Shown here piece by piece: positions 15,070-24,758 of a stretch of DNA of 64,000 nucleotides. A model generated the notes under the pieces. The model was not told the DNA's origin. It did no database searches and saw only the letters and a list, made by a program, of their open reading frames with translations. Position 1 is the first letter of the stretch. Every line of letters starts with the position of its first letter. A program made the translations under genes and the position numbers. The stretch comes from a virus (lineage: Duplodnaviria; Caudoviricetes): positions 1 through 64,000 of the IMG/VR virus record IMGVR_UViG_3300047565_000101; one strand, written 5' to 3'.

Positions 15070-15476
15070 TACTTACCGCTTTTCTTTCTCGCTTTTGCTA
15101 AGGCTTCAAAGTCTTTTACCTTAGTCTCACCCATATATCCCCAAGCATATCCATCTTCGATCATAGATTCATTAATAGACTTATCTTGTCCATCTACATA
15201 AACCCACCCTAAAACACGACCATACTTTTCTGAACTATCTGGAAGTTCTGTCTTAATAACTATTTCTTTTGCATCCTTAAGCTTGTACTTTAGATACTCT
15301 TTTGATTCTAAACCTAATACTTTTTCATTCTTATCTTTTGTGCGGGATTCAGGGGTATCGATTCCCGCCATGCGTACTCGCTTCATTAATGAAATATCGA
15401 AACCAAGATCTATATCTACATCTATAGTGTCCCCATCTATTACACCAATGAGCTTCTTAACACGGTATTCGTACAC
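15069..15476 (-). CDS. Thermonuclease (SNase family)
   Basis: VIDGDTI, RVRMAGIDTPE, EKYGRVLG, SINESMIEDGYA. Confidence 0.9.
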   Translation of the reverse strand: MYEYRVKKLIGVIDGDTIDVDIDLGFDISLMKRVRMAGIDTPESRTKDKNEKVLGLESKEYLKYKLKDAKEIVIKTELPDSSEKYGRVLGWVYVDGQDKSINESMIEDGYAWGYMGETKVKDFEALAKARKKSGK

Positions 15477-15496
15477 GAATCCTCCTTAAAAGTAAA

Positions 15497-15568
15497 GAGC
15501 AGTTTTAACACATGCTCAGGTGTATCCTAAGGCGTAACTAGGCCCGTATCACACGAAATGGCGTGATA
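15497..15568 (-). ncRNA. Structured leader or sRNA: two hairpins plus pseudoknot copy 2
   Basis: TATAAT at 15574-15579; TATCACGC/GTGTGATA; CCTAG/TTAGG; ACAC-CT-GAGCA-T-GTGT-TAAAAC-TGCTC. Confidence 0.6.
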
Positions 15569-15579
15569 GATATATTATA

Positions 15580-16605
15580 TCAAATTCTTGAACCAGATTC
15601 AAGCAGGGAAGCACTAGATACCTTGATAAATCTTACATGATCCTGAAATGATCTAATATTGTCCTGACCTGAGTATGAGATCCCGCTTTGAAGGTTATTC
15701 TTCATTCCCAATATGGTATTTGAAACAGGTCCTTTATTAGAAATAATTCCAGAAACACCCTCTACATGAGGAACTTCTCCTGGTGGCAAATCAAACTCTG
15801 GCTTTTCAATCTGACTATCTAGGGAAGCCAGTCCTCTAAATTTATTACTACCGCATTCATCATGACCAGCAAACATGCTTCCCATCATAACTGCACTTGC
15901 TCCTGCTGCAATCGCCTTTACAATATCTCCATTTTGCTTTATGCCACCGTCTGAAATTAATCCATTAATAGGATCATCTTCTATATAATTATATATATCC
16001 ATAATAGATGCTAATACTGGAACTCCAAATCCAGTTGAAGTTCTTGTCGTACATGCAGCACCGCCACCTATACCGACACGAACAGAGTCGGCACCAGCTT
16101 CAATTAGATCAAAGTATGCTTCATAGGAGGCTACATTGCCAGTCATAATATGTACGTAATCAGGGACTATGAATCTCAAGCTCTTAATTGCATCTACAAC
16201 AAGTTCTGTGTGACCAACTGCAGTATCCAAAAGAATTACTCTTGTTCCCGTAGACAATACGGCATCAATGAATTTTTTGTCGTATGCCTCATCTACATTT
16301 ATTGCAAACCCAGCTCTTGCACCGATTAACTTTATTTGAGATAAGCGATCTTCTTTTGATTGAAATCTTGTGACAAAACCAATTCCACCATAAAGATAGA
16401 TTTCCTCTAACATTTTTACTGAGCTAATGTATTCCATCGGCGCAATGATAAAAGGCATTCCTAACTTTATAGTGGAATTAGGTCTTGCTGGCACACCTAT
16501 CTCGACTGATATATCAATATGACTTCTTGACTTAATCTTAGACTTCTTTGGAACAAGAAGGATATCGTCAAAGCATAAAGAGCTTGTATCTTTGTCGAGA
16601 TACAT
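15580..16605 (-). CDS. IMP dehydrogenase / GMP reductase family protein (no CBS domains)
   Basis: [61 protein letters not shown]. Confidence 0.9.
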   Translation of the reverse strand: MYLDKDTSSLCFDDILLVPKKSKIKSRSHIDISVEIGVPARPNSTIKLGMPFIIAPMEYISSVKMLEEIYLYGGIGFVTRFQSKEDRLSQIKLIGARAGFAINVDEAYDKKFIDAVLSTGTRVILLDTAVGHTELVVDAIKSLRFIVPDYVHIMTGNVASYEAYFDLIEAGADSVRVGIGGGAACTTRTSTGFGVPVLASIMDIYNYIEDDPINGLISDGGIKQNGDIVKAIAAGASAVMMGSMFAGHDECGSNKFRGLASLDSQIEKPEFDLPPGEVPHVEGVSGIISNKGPVSNTILGMKNNLQSGISYSGQDNIRSFQDHVRFIKVSSASLLESGSRI

Positions 16606-16610
16606 TTATG

Positions 16611-17246
16611 CTACTTCTTTTTTGATTCTACTACTGGAGCTGCTGGCTTTGCAACAGCCTTCTTTGGCTTGGCTTCTGGCTGTGGCTTAGTCTTTACAAC
16701 CTGACCAAATGCTGGTCGTCCGAATCCTACAATAGAAACAGTCTGGCTTCTGCGAAGCTTTGAGCCGTTCTTCTTCTTGTATGCACGATTCTTAACACAT
16801 GCCTGACCGCCGTTGCGCTGATCTCCCTTTTTATCTGGTGCAGTATTTCCTTCTGCAAGGTCTACTGTTCCATCATTATTAACTCCAACAACAATTCCTA
16901 CGTGAGAAATTCTATCGACGCCATCATTTGGGAAGTCCATATAGGCAATATCGCCAACTTGTGGTGTTGCAACTTCTGCTGCCTGCCATGTTCCAGCCTT
17001 CATAAATGCTTGTGCACCTGCTGGTGTATAAACTGTGTTAGGAATCTTAACTCCAGCTTCATTTCCGCACCAGTTGACGAAGCTTCCGCACCAAGGTTGG
17101 AAGTTAGCCTTTGTAAATGCTCCGTACTTTGTTTCATTATCCTTTGGACCTTCGATGTATCCAATTTCGCCTAGCGCTACTTCTACTAGTCTTGCTGCCG
17201 ATCCTTGTGGAGCCTTTGATGCTCCACCCTCTACTACTGCCTTCAT
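16611..17246 (-). CDS. CHAP-domain amidase (probable endolysin)
   Basis: QPWCGSFVNW, SHVGIV, EGNT, GFGRP. Confidence 0.85.
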   Translation of the reverse strand: MKAVVEGGASKAPQGSAARLVEVALGEIGYIEGPKDNETKYGAFTKANFQPWCGSFVNWCGNEAGVKIPNTVYTPAGAQAFMKAGTWQAAEVATPQVGDIAYMDFPNDGVDRISHVGIVVGVNNDGTVDLAEGNTAPDKKGDQRNGGQACVKNRAYKKKNGSKLRRSQTVSIVGFGRPAFGQVVKTKPQPEAKPKKAVAKPAAPVVESKKK

Positions 17247-17287
17247 TTTATTCTCCTTTTAGTTTATGACTATTTAATACTATATTT

Positions 17288-17632
17288 TTATACTTCAATT
17301 CCATGTTGCCTTTTCCATGTTCTTGCTGCATGGCAATTAGCACAAACTAATTCACATTTAGATATCTCATGCAATGCTTTTGATAATGAAGAATTGCGTA
17401 GTAAGTTACTAACACCATCTTCCTTAATCGTAGAGTCAATATGATCAAACTGCATTATGTAATACGGGTATAGCATTTTGCAATCTGTACATGGAGAAGA
17501 CTCTTTTATATCTCTAACTACTTGCTTAGACTTTTCTCTAAATGCTTTTGTTCTTGATAACGTTAATTCTTTATTACTGTTATACCAAGCTTTTTGTGCT
17601 GCTTTTTGTTTTTCTGGATCTTTATAAGGCAT
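17288..17632 (-). CDS. HNH endonuclease (probable homing endonuclease)
   Basis: CTDC...QFDHID...EISKCELVCANCHAART. Confidence 0.85.
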   Translation of the reverse strand: MPYKDPEKQKAAQKAWYNSNKELTLSRTKAFREKSKQVVRDIKESSPCTDCKMLYPYYIMQFDHIDSTIKEDGVSNLLRNSSLSKALHEISKCELVCANCHAARTWKRQHGIEV

Positions 17633-17680
17633 GGTTAAATTATACCATACTGTTTTGAACCCGTCTATACAACATCACAG

Positions 17681-17753
17681 TACCTTCAGCAGGAGTCGAA
17701 CCTGCGACCTTACGGGTAGAAACCGTTTGCTCTGTCCTCTGAGCTATGAAGGC
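17681..17753 (-). tRNA. tRNA-Arg(TCT)
   Basis: ACGG-TT-TCT-AC-CCGT; GCAGG-TTCGACT-CCTGC. Confidence 0.92.
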
Positions 17754-17759
17754 ATTTAT

Positions 17760-18053
17760 TTAATTATCTTCTGACATGTCTACTATACCATATTCGGTAA
17801 GTATCTGTCTACCATTATCTGTTAGTTCGATATGAGCTTCTAGGTTTTCATTATATGTTACATTGATTAAACCCTTTTCGAAAAGCTCAATTAACATCTC
17901 GTCCACATATGCAATATGTGCGTTCCAAAGTTCTGGAGCAAGCTGTTTTGCAGATTGAGTTATGTTGAATATAAACTGCCCGTCATCTTCAACTCCAATG
18001 ATCTCAATAGCACCTATCTCAAGATAGTGGCTTACTGTCTCTTCTTCATCCAT
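17760..18053 (-). CDS. Winged-helix-like hypothetical protein
   Basis: LFEKGLINV...ELTDNGR; leaderless start. Confidence 0.65.
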   Translation of the reverse strand: MDEEETVSHYLEIGAIEIIGVEDDGQFIFNITQSAKQLAPELWNAHIAYVDEMLIELFEKGLINVTYNENLEAHIELTDNGRQILTEYGIVDMSEDN

Positions 18054-18075
18054 AAAACTATTATACTCCATTTTG

Positions 18076-18149
18076 TAGACCAGGTAGGACTTGAACCTAC
18101 GATAGCCGAATTATGAGTTCGGGGCCTTAACCAACTTGGCTACTGGTCC
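18076..18149 (-). tRNA. tRNA with CAT anticodon (elongator Met or Ile2)
   Basis: CCGAA-CT-CAT-AA-TTCGG; lacks initiator GGG/CCC stem. Confidence 0.9.
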
Positions 18150-18160
18150 ATGTGAGTAAA

Positions 18161-18409
18161 TTATAACGTACCGTCTTCGTTCTTGTCAATAGTATTTTCT
18201 ACTAATTGCTGAACATAGTCTGAGAAATGCTTTCTTATGCTACCAGATGGACGCTTGCCTATTGACAACCAGATTCTTTTGTACTCAACAACATTTGCAA
18301 ATGTTGTAGGACATAGAACAGTTCCATTATATTCTTTTAAAACGATAGGTAGCGGAACATGCTTTCCACAACACTTACATTCTTTTGCTTTTTCTTGATA
18401 CGTACTCAT
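18161..18409 (-). CDS. Hypothetical protein
   Basis: CKCCG...CPTT; coupled to terL. Confidence 0.7.
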   Translation of the reverse strand: MSTYQEKAKECKCCGKHVPLPIVLKEYNGTVLCPTTFANVVEYKRIWLSIGKRPSGSIRKHFSDYVQQLVENTIDKNEDGTL

Positions 18410-20196
18410 ATTATCATCATCCTATCCATTGCGTCCTTTAAGTCATTTGGCATTTGTGGTGCTCTAATTAGATTAATAGATTCACTAGTATCTTCAAGGA
18501 AGTTGTCCATATCCATTGATTCATAGGTGTGAATCTTGATCTCGCTATCATTTGTTATTCTTGTTCTGCTAATTGCATTATATACTGATCCACAAACAGC
18601 ATCAGCCAAGTCTTTCGATCCCTTTCTAGGGTGATCTACTCTGTCCTTCATAATCTTAAGCTGTAGTAATTCATCTACCAGCAACTTAATATGAGGACCA
18701 GTAAGTCTATCTTCTAAAACAATCATAGCCATATCATCATAATGCTTTTTAGCTACCGACAAAATTTCTGTATTAATTCCATAAGCCTTAAGCTGTTGCA
18801 TCATATCGTGTGAGTTCCATCTATCGAATGTACACACTTTAATTTTGAACCCACGTGTTCTTAAAGACAATATATAATCCTTTACCTCTGTGAAGTCCAC
18901 CGACTTTTCTGAGGTAGGGGTCCAGTATCTTACTGCATCTACTTGAACAATTGGAGCAGGCTGAGAATACTCATTAGTAATTTTCACATTAACCCATCTA
19001 TCAACATGTGCCATAGAAACTGCACAATGGTCATGCTTTTGGGCAAGGTCAACGTGCAGGAAATATTCCTTCTCTGGGTCTGGCTGAAACCATTCCTCTA
19101 GTCTTCCAAATTGATCTATTGCCAATGGCATTTTATTAAAAGCATTTTCAATTTTTTCACGTGACTTAAAGAACGCATCAACCATCTCTGGTGGCATGCA
19201 TGCAAATCTGGCTAGGGCATCTGGCATGTTCTTATAAAAGTCTACCTTGAAATCTTCAAGACTCTTGGTTGGATTTACCTCCCATGTTGGGCGCTTTAGA
19301 GCATATGTCTTAGGATAAAGATAAGAATTTATATGGTCTTCTTCCCACTCTACCGTCACCTCATTACCGTCAGTACCGTCTGGCAGATCATCGTCCATCT
19401 TTAAGGTCTTTGATCTAACTACAACTTCTTTTTCTGCAATTACAGACTCATAAAACTTTTGAATTGGATCTCCCTTAAATCGGGGGAACGATAGCAAAAT
19501 AACTTTGCCAAAGTCTGGGAAACGTGACATAACGGAAGCACGATACATGTCATAGATAGCATCAGCTGTCTTTGCTTGGTCATGACCAGTTGTATTTTCA
19601 ACAGCAAAACCAGAAATTTCATCGAGGATTACAGTAATTACGTTATAACCCTCCCAAGCTTCTCTTTCAGAGTGACCAGAGTAAACGTTTACATTCTTAT
19701 CAAACTTGATCTCAGAGGCTTTTGGCTCATACTTGCCAACGAACCATGGGGAACGCTCTATTCGTGTCTTAAAACCCTTAAAGAAGACGTTGTTAGCCTG
19801 CTGTGCGTTGATAGCAATATTAAGAATATCAATTGTATCTCCAGGAGGCTTTCCATAATATGTTGCTGGATCTTTGAGACATAGGAGAAGGTAAACCTGA
19901 TAGGCTACAGAAATTGTTGCCGTGTAGTCCTTACCAGATCCCTTACCAAGCTGAGCGATAACTTCATTGCATGTTTGCTTGAACATGCGTCTACCCTCTT
20001 CTTCTCCAAATAATTTAATTAGAGTAGACTCTTTGTAAATCTGTGATGACTTTTCAATTAATGTTGATTGATATTCTGACAGCGGTGGTAGGCCTAGATA
20101 GTCTGGGCTTGTTACAAATGTACGCAAATCAACTGGGCGCTCTTCAAACTCTTCGCCATCGAGCATATCAATTAAATCATTAAAATCAAAATCCAT
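18406..20196 (-). CDS. terL: Terminase large subunit
   Basis: Walker A GKGSGKD, Walker B VILDE, nuclease HVDLA...HD, DHPRKGSKDLADA. Confidence 0.9.
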   Translation of the reverse strand: MDFDFNDLIDMLDGEEFEERPVDLRTFVTSPDYLGLPPLSEYQSTLIEKSSQIYKESTLIKLFGEEEGRRMFKQTCNEVIAQLGKGSGKDYTATISVAYQVYLLLCLKDPATYYGKPPGDTIDILNIAINAQQANNVFFKGFKTRIERSPWFVGKYEPKASEIKFDKNVNVYSGHSEREAWEGYNVITVILDEISGFAVENTTGHDQAKTADAIYDMYRASVMSRFPDFGKVILLSFPRFKGDPIQKFYESVIAEKEVVVRSKTLKMDDDLPDGTDGNEVTVEWEEDHINSYLYPKTYALKRPTWEVNPTKSLEDFKVDFYKNMPDALARFACMPPEMVDAFFKSREKIENAFNKMPLAIDQFGRLEEWFQPDPEKEYFLHVDLAQKHDHCAVSMAHVDRWVNVKITNEYSQPAPIVQVDAVRYWTPTSEKSVDFTEVKDYILSLRTRGFKIKVCTFDRWNSHDMMQQLKAYGINTEILSVAKKHYDDMAMIVLEDRLTGPHIKLLVDELLQLKIMKDRVDHPRKGSKDLADAVCGSVYNAISRTRITNDSEIKIHTYESMDMDNFLEDTSESINLIRAPQMPNDLKDAMDRMMII

Positions 20197-20199
20197 GGA

Positions 20200-20736
20200 T
20201 TAAGCTTGTTCCTCTTCGATAACTACAGCCTCGACTACGCCTGTAATTTGTGAAAGTCTACGAGCCACATCTAACTTACACTTAGGACATGTCGATGTAA
20301 CCTCTTTTAGAATCTTGACTAGAACATCTTGCTTTCTTTCTGTCTCAGCCAACTGTGTAGCGAGCTCATTATTTTCAAGAACTCCGACTGATTGAAGCAT
20401 TGCAATTCTCTTTGTCTCAATATCTGCAATGAGCTTTAATGCACCTGACTTAATACCAAGTTGCCCAGCCTGATCCGCATCTTCTACGGTTTTCCAAGCT
20501 TCTTTAATAAGCATAGCATAATGCTGGTCAGCTCCAGAGATTGCCTCTTTTGCACGATCACGCATGGTGTTGTCGTTATGGACGACATTCTTCCATTCGT
20601 CTATAAGCTCAAGGACTTCTTTGCGCTGGAAACCAGTTAGGGTTGCAATTTGTGTGGCAGAATTACCCTGTAGTAGCTTTTCAACTACTGCATTCATTCT
20701 GTCCATATGCTGTGGTAAATCAATTTCCATTGTCAT
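20200..20736 (-). CDS. HTH/coiled-coil protein, probable terminase small subunit
   Basis: N-terminal HTH (GNSATQIATLTG); directly upstream of terL. Confidence 0.55.
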   Translation of the reverse strand: MTMEIDLPQHMDRMNAVVEKLLQGNSATQIATLTGFQRKEVLELIDEWKNVVHNDNTMRDRAKEAISGADQHYAMLIKEAWKTVEDADQAGQLGIKSGALKLIADIETKRIAMLQSVGVLENNELATQLAETERKQDVLVKILKEVTSTCPKCKLDVARRLSQITGVVEAVVIEEEQA

Positions 20737-20763
20737 ATATACAGTATACCATATCTTGGTTGA

Positions 20764-21090
20764 CTAGGATTGATTAGCAATTTTAAGCAAGATAAGATAT
20801 CCAATTAAATCATCAATATCATTATCTCCTGGGAATGCTTGATCGTTTTGAATTCTATTTAGCTTATCATCAATACGCACACGGATCTGCTCTTTTGAAT
20901 CCGCCTTTGAAAAGATGCGAATTGGATCAAGAGCTGAGTTACCATAAGAAATATTCTTCTTAATAAGCATTTCAGCGGTCTCAAGACATGCATTAATAAT
21001 CTTAATTCCTGATGGTGCTTCTGTTGCTATTAGCTGTAGGTCATTAACCCAATGCATGTAGCCTTTATCTTTTTCGGGATATCCCGCCAT
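20764..21090 (-). CDS. Nucleotide-modification-associated domain 1 (DUF1599-like) protein
   Basis: LIKKNISYGNSAL...RIDDKLNRI...DDLIGYLIL. Confidence 0.75.
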   Translation of the reverse strand: MAGYPEKDKGYMHWVNDLQLIATEAPSGIKIINACLETAEMLIKKNISYGNSALDPIRIFSKADSKEQIRVRIDDKLNRIQNDQAFPGDNDIDDLIGYLILLKIANQS

Positions 21091-21809
21091 TACCTAGTAC
21101 CCTTCACTTGTGGATCTTCAATCCATTGGACATAACTACCGTCACTCCATTTTTGACTTCCATATATATGACGAACTGATTCAAAATGAAATATTCTCCA
21201 GTCTTCACCACCATAACAATGGAATCCGTACATCTTACCATTACTAGACTCGTTTAACAAGGCATAATCTTCAATAATATTATCTAGATTTATGCCTAAA
21301 GCCTTATTTATTCCTTCTGACCAAATTGCTGGTCCAGTATGGTTATGCACAAAATGCGGAGTTCCATACTCTGGGTTCAACAATTTATCTTTAATTAAAT
21401 CTAATACATACTTTAATATTGGATTATTTGGAGAGGCTGCGAATGTCCACTGACAAAAATGATTGCTTGTTTCTGGGCATACAATGAAGTCCTTATCATC
21501 TAGCATCCATGAGGATATTGGCTTCAAGCATTCTGTATCTAGATCCGCATATACTCCACCGTACTTATAGATAATCATGTATCTCCATAAGTCGCCACGC
21601 ATTACTCCTACAGGAAGGCCAACGAACAGGTCATACCACTCCTGCCCATATTCTTCTAGGACAAATTGACCTGCTTGAACATCATCCATATATCTATGCT
21701 CATATTCTGGATTTAAGTCTTTCCAGGTCTGAATTGCATCATTCATATATGGAGCAAGCGTATCTATAGGATCCTTATAAGTCTGCCAAATAATATTAGG
21801 AATCTTCAT
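21090..21809 (-). CDS. Glycosyltransferase, DXD sugar-binding (GT32/Och1-like)
   Basis: KIPNIIWQTYK, DLWRYMIIYKYGGVYADLD, TGP. Confidence 0.9.
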   Translation of the reverse strand: MKIPNIIWQTYKDPIDTLAPYMNDAIQTWKDLNPEYEHRYMDDVQAGQFVLEEYGQEWYDLFVGLPVGVMRGDLWRYMIIYKYGGVYADLDTECLKPISSWMLDDKDFIVCPETSNHFCQWTFAASPNNPILKYVLDLIKDKLLNPEYGTPHFVHNHTGPAIWSEGINKALGINLDNIIEDYALLNESSNGKMYGFHCYGGEDWRIFHFESVRHIYGSQKWSDGSYVQWIEDPQVKGTR

Positions 21810-22320
21810 TATCGAACTTTGCTATAAATGTTCCAGTTACTTCAAACTTCTTATGCTCTACAATGCCCTTAAACTTCTCAAGCACTCTTTCCATTGTCCA
21901 GTCTTCTTCTACGTGAACCTCATATGGATTTCCATTAATGGCATCTTGATGATAATGAATAATTGGAATTGATATCATGGCATGCTTTGCCTGCTTTGAA
22001 ATTTTTTCCCACAAAGCTACCGCATCTTCTTCAGACATATGCTCAAGGATGTCTCCAAGGATAACAAGATCGTAGCTAAAGTTATCCATATCCCTGACGT
22101 CCATAGCGAATAGTTTATCGTATCGATTAATTAAATTAAACTGATCAATATACGGCTGCCAGACCTCTACCGCATTAACGATAACTCCAGCACCAATTCC
22201 TTCTCTAATTAGATTGAGGTATGTTCCTTGGCCTGCACCAACATCCAATACTGTTTTAGGAGACAACTCAATTATCTTTTGCTGTGCCCATGGCTTATTT
22301 TCTGGATTAGAATATCCCAT
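21796..22320 (-). CDS. Class I SAM-dependent methyltransferase
   Basis: VLDVGAGQG, YDLVILGDILEH. Confidence 0.88.
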   Translation of the reverse strand: MGYSNPENKPWAQQKIIELSPKTVLDVGAGQGTYLNLIREGIGAGVIVNAVEVWQPYIDQFNLINRYDKLFAMDVRDMDNFSYDLVILGDILEHMSEEDAVALWEKISKQAKHAMISIPIIHYHQDAINGNPYEVHVEEDWTMERVLEKFKGIVEHKKFEVTGTFIAKFDNEDS

Positions 22321-22999
22321 TTATTATCTCTCTTTCCTGTGTAGTTTGAAATGTTGATTCTACATTCTCTGTTTTGCATGCTTGATAAGAGCCTGGCTTT
22401 ACCGAGTATACATTAAAAATATTCTGTTGTCTAAACATAAACCAGTCCAGTGGCAAAGAAAAACCACCGTTTGCAATATCTATCATATCCCTAATAGTAT
22501 TTTTATTTACAATATAGCATGCACAAGACCAATCTTGATATGCTCCAGTTATATTAGTAGAAATATCCCTTGTCTTATCATATTTATGCATTTGATCTGC
22601 GGGGACAAACATAAATAACGCATCAAAGTCATTTGGTACCTCTTGTATATAATTAACTATAACCTGAGCTAGACCCTCCTGACATACCAAATCGTCCTCC
22701 ATTAAAACCAAATAGTCATAATCTGATTCAGCAAAATTATTCCAGGCTGTCCAATTGCTTGCCCATATCCCAAGCTCTCCGTATCTCCAGCCCTGCTTAT
22801 TATCTAGGTTATAACCGTCTTGATCAAAATAAAAAGACTTATTTCTCCTAACAAATTCAATTAATTCTATGTTATTTGATATCTTATATGTTGGAGTATC
22901 AAAATAATCAAAGTCACGGAATACTTTATTGGCTATATCGACATTCTTTTTCCTAGACTCATTGCCTTCAATATGAAACATTTTGTATGCAATCTTCAT
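22307..22999 (-). CDS. Glycosyltransferase family 25-like
   Basis: GELGIWASN...W...LVLMEDD...YIVNK...LPLDW. Confidence 0.8.
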   Translation of the reverse strand: MKIAYKMFHIEGNESRKKNVDIANKVFRDFDYFDTPTYKISNNIELIEFVRRNKSFYFDQDGYNLDNKQGWRYGELGIWASNWTAWNNFAESDYDYLVLMEDDLVCQEGLAQVIVNYIQEVPNDFDALFMFVPADQMHKYDKTRDISTNITGAYQDWSCACYIVNKNTIRDMIDIANGGFSLPLDWFMFRQQNIFNVYSVKPGSYQACKTENVESTFQTTQEREIINGIF

Positions 23000-23142
23000 C
23001 TTTTCTTAATCAATCCAAACTGCTCTAGGTATCTCTGTATTGTCATAGCAGATACGTTACACTCTTTGCCTATTTCTGTTACTGTCTTCTTCTGAACTAC
23101 ATATCTTCTATACAGCCAGTCTTTTGATTGGTAGAACTTCAT
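22996..23142 (-). CDS. Small HTH DNA-binding protein
   Basis: KDWLYRRYVVQKKTVTEIGKECNVSAMTIQRYL. Confidence 0.75.
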   Translation of the reverse strand: MKFYQSKDWLYRRYVVQKKTVTEIGKECNVSAMTIQRYLEQFGLIKKR

Positions 23143-23705
23143 CTTTCTGTTAACACCTCATTTGCGTAAAATGCTATGCCTATTGCATCAGCGACATCAA
23201 AATCATCAACATCTACATCAAAAGTCTTTTTTGCCCAGTCAGCAGTCCTTTGCTTACGCATATTTCTAATCTGGTTCTTGTACCATGAGTCTGCGTACCC
23301 TGGACTCTTGACTCTTATTGCTTCTTTCTCCGCCTTTGTAGGGTTCTTATTACCTATCTTTGCCTGCCAAGCTGTTGGGGAAACTGTTATGACCTTAGAT
23401 CCTGTACTCATAAGCTCAGATATGACGGTACCATATACATAGGATAGCTTGATTACAGCATCTGGTGATCTAACAAGAACAGCTCCTTCAATTGCAATAT
23501 AGTCTGAGGCTAGCTCATCGAGCATTGCGTGTGTCTTCTTTTTTGCATCATATATCTTTTCAAATATATCAGCACCAGTAAACTCGACCTTGCCCCATTT
23601 GACAGGCTTGCCATTCTTAAATAGACAAAATGCAATAGAGTTAGTAGATGCATCAATACCTAAAACAGTATTAGCCTTTGTCTTAACAAGCTTAGCTAAT
23701 GTCAT
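23139..23705 (-). CDS. ruvC: RuvC-like Holliday junction resolvase
   Basis: VLGIDAS, IAIEG, P..WQ..IG, DVADAIGIA. Confidence 0.8.
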   Translation of the reverse strand: MTLAKLVKTKANTVLGIDASTNSIAFCLFKNGKPVKWGKVEFTGADIFEKIYDAKKKTHAMLDELASDYIAIEGAVLVRSPDAVIKLSYVYGTVISELMSTGSKVITVSPTAWQAKIGNKNPTKAEKEAIRVKSPGYADSWYKNQIRNMRKQRTADWAKKTFDVDVDDFDVADAIGIAFYANEVLTER

Positions 23706-23970
23706 CTATCATACCCATAAGTCTTGCAGTAACAGTTCTATCTATCTTCTTCTGGCATCCCGCACAAATGTCATCCTGATTGTATCTACTTAGCTTGGTG
23801 GCACAGCTTTTACACACTCTTGGAGCACCATTTCTAATTGCCTTTTTTTCGTAATACTTTTCCATGATCCGTCTGTTTGTTGCAACACGACAGCATTCAT
23901 CAGAGCAATATTTTTGATTATGAGTCTTTACTTCAAAATCAATTGTACATTCTTTATTTGCACATTTCAT
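23692..23970 (-). CDS. Zinc-finger protein
   Basis: CANKEC...YCSDECC...CKSC...CAGC. Confidence 0.75.
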   Translation of the reverse strand: MKCANKECTIDFEVKTHNQKYCSDECCRVATNRRIMEKYYEKKAIRNGAPRVCKSCATKLSRYNQDDICAGCQKKIDRTVTARLMGMIDDIS

Positions 23971-24758
23971 ATCTTAGGTACCTCAAAAAGCTCAATCTGT
24001 GTCGTTCCAATTGGAGTTGTTTTAGCAAAACACTCTTTCTTAATTGGACAATATGTGCAAGGCATCTTTGACTTGGTAGCACCAGCTGGTCTCATAGGAA
24101 TATCACCATTCTGGAAGTTATCCCATACCTCTTGCATCCAGATAAAGGTGTCCTCAATAATCTTCTTATTTCTTTCATTCATGCTAATTGGAATGATCAA
24201 GACTTCTTGAGTATTCTTATTCTCATAAAGGAAGAATCCTTCTTTGGCATCTTTCAGCTTCATATATGTAAGTAGCTGGAGCATATGGTTAGCAGAAGAC
24301 TTCATTTCAGCCTGTCGTGTGTCCCAGACTTCCTGCTTTGCTGTTTTGATTTCACCAATGACCGTTTCACCATCATAGTTCATAATCAAGTCAATGAAGC
24401 CACGAATTGGGGGATACTCGTTAATGATCTCTTCTTCTTCTGCAACAAACTCTGGCATAGTAGCAATTAGCTTTTGAAGTCTTTCATGAGCCTGAGTTCC
24501 CTGTGCCATATTAGCAACAGCGACAGCATCATTATTATCAATAAACATAGCTCCGCTAAAGGCCATATACCAATAGCGTGGGCAAGTTCCGTGTCCATAG
24601 CCAAGCGAGCTTGGGCTAAATGACTTTTTAGTCATCTCTCCATCAGCACGTTTTGTATTTCTATATGACTCATCTAGCAACGAAGCAAATCTTTCTGGGT
24701 CGAAAAACTTGCCTGTGTGCTTTTTAAACTTTAAGTTCTTTACTATGTCTCTTGCCAT
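23967..24758 (-). CDS. Cas4-like PD-(D/E)xK exonuclease
   Basis: CPRYW, GT..H, GFIDLI..EIKT, QL..YM, C.YCP...C. Confidence 0.82.
   Translation of the reverse strand: MARDIVKNLKFKKHTGKFFDPERFASLLDESYRNTKRADGEMTKKSFSPSSLGYGHGTCPRYWYMAFSGAMFIDNNDAVAVANMAQGTQAHERLQKLIATMPEFVAEEEEIINEYPPIRGFIDLIMNYDGETVIGEIKTAKQEVWDTRQAEMKSSANHMLQLLTYMKLKDAKEGFFLYENKNTQEVLIIPISMNERNKKIIEDTFIWMQEVWDNFQNGDIPMRPAGATKSKMPCTYCPIKKECFAKTTPIGTTQIELFEVPKI

Noticed and set aside
23967-24758. Cas4-like gene as a sign of CRISPR-Cas
   Set aside because: No repeat-spacer array or other cas genes seen; solo Cas4-like nucleases are common in phage recombination modules.
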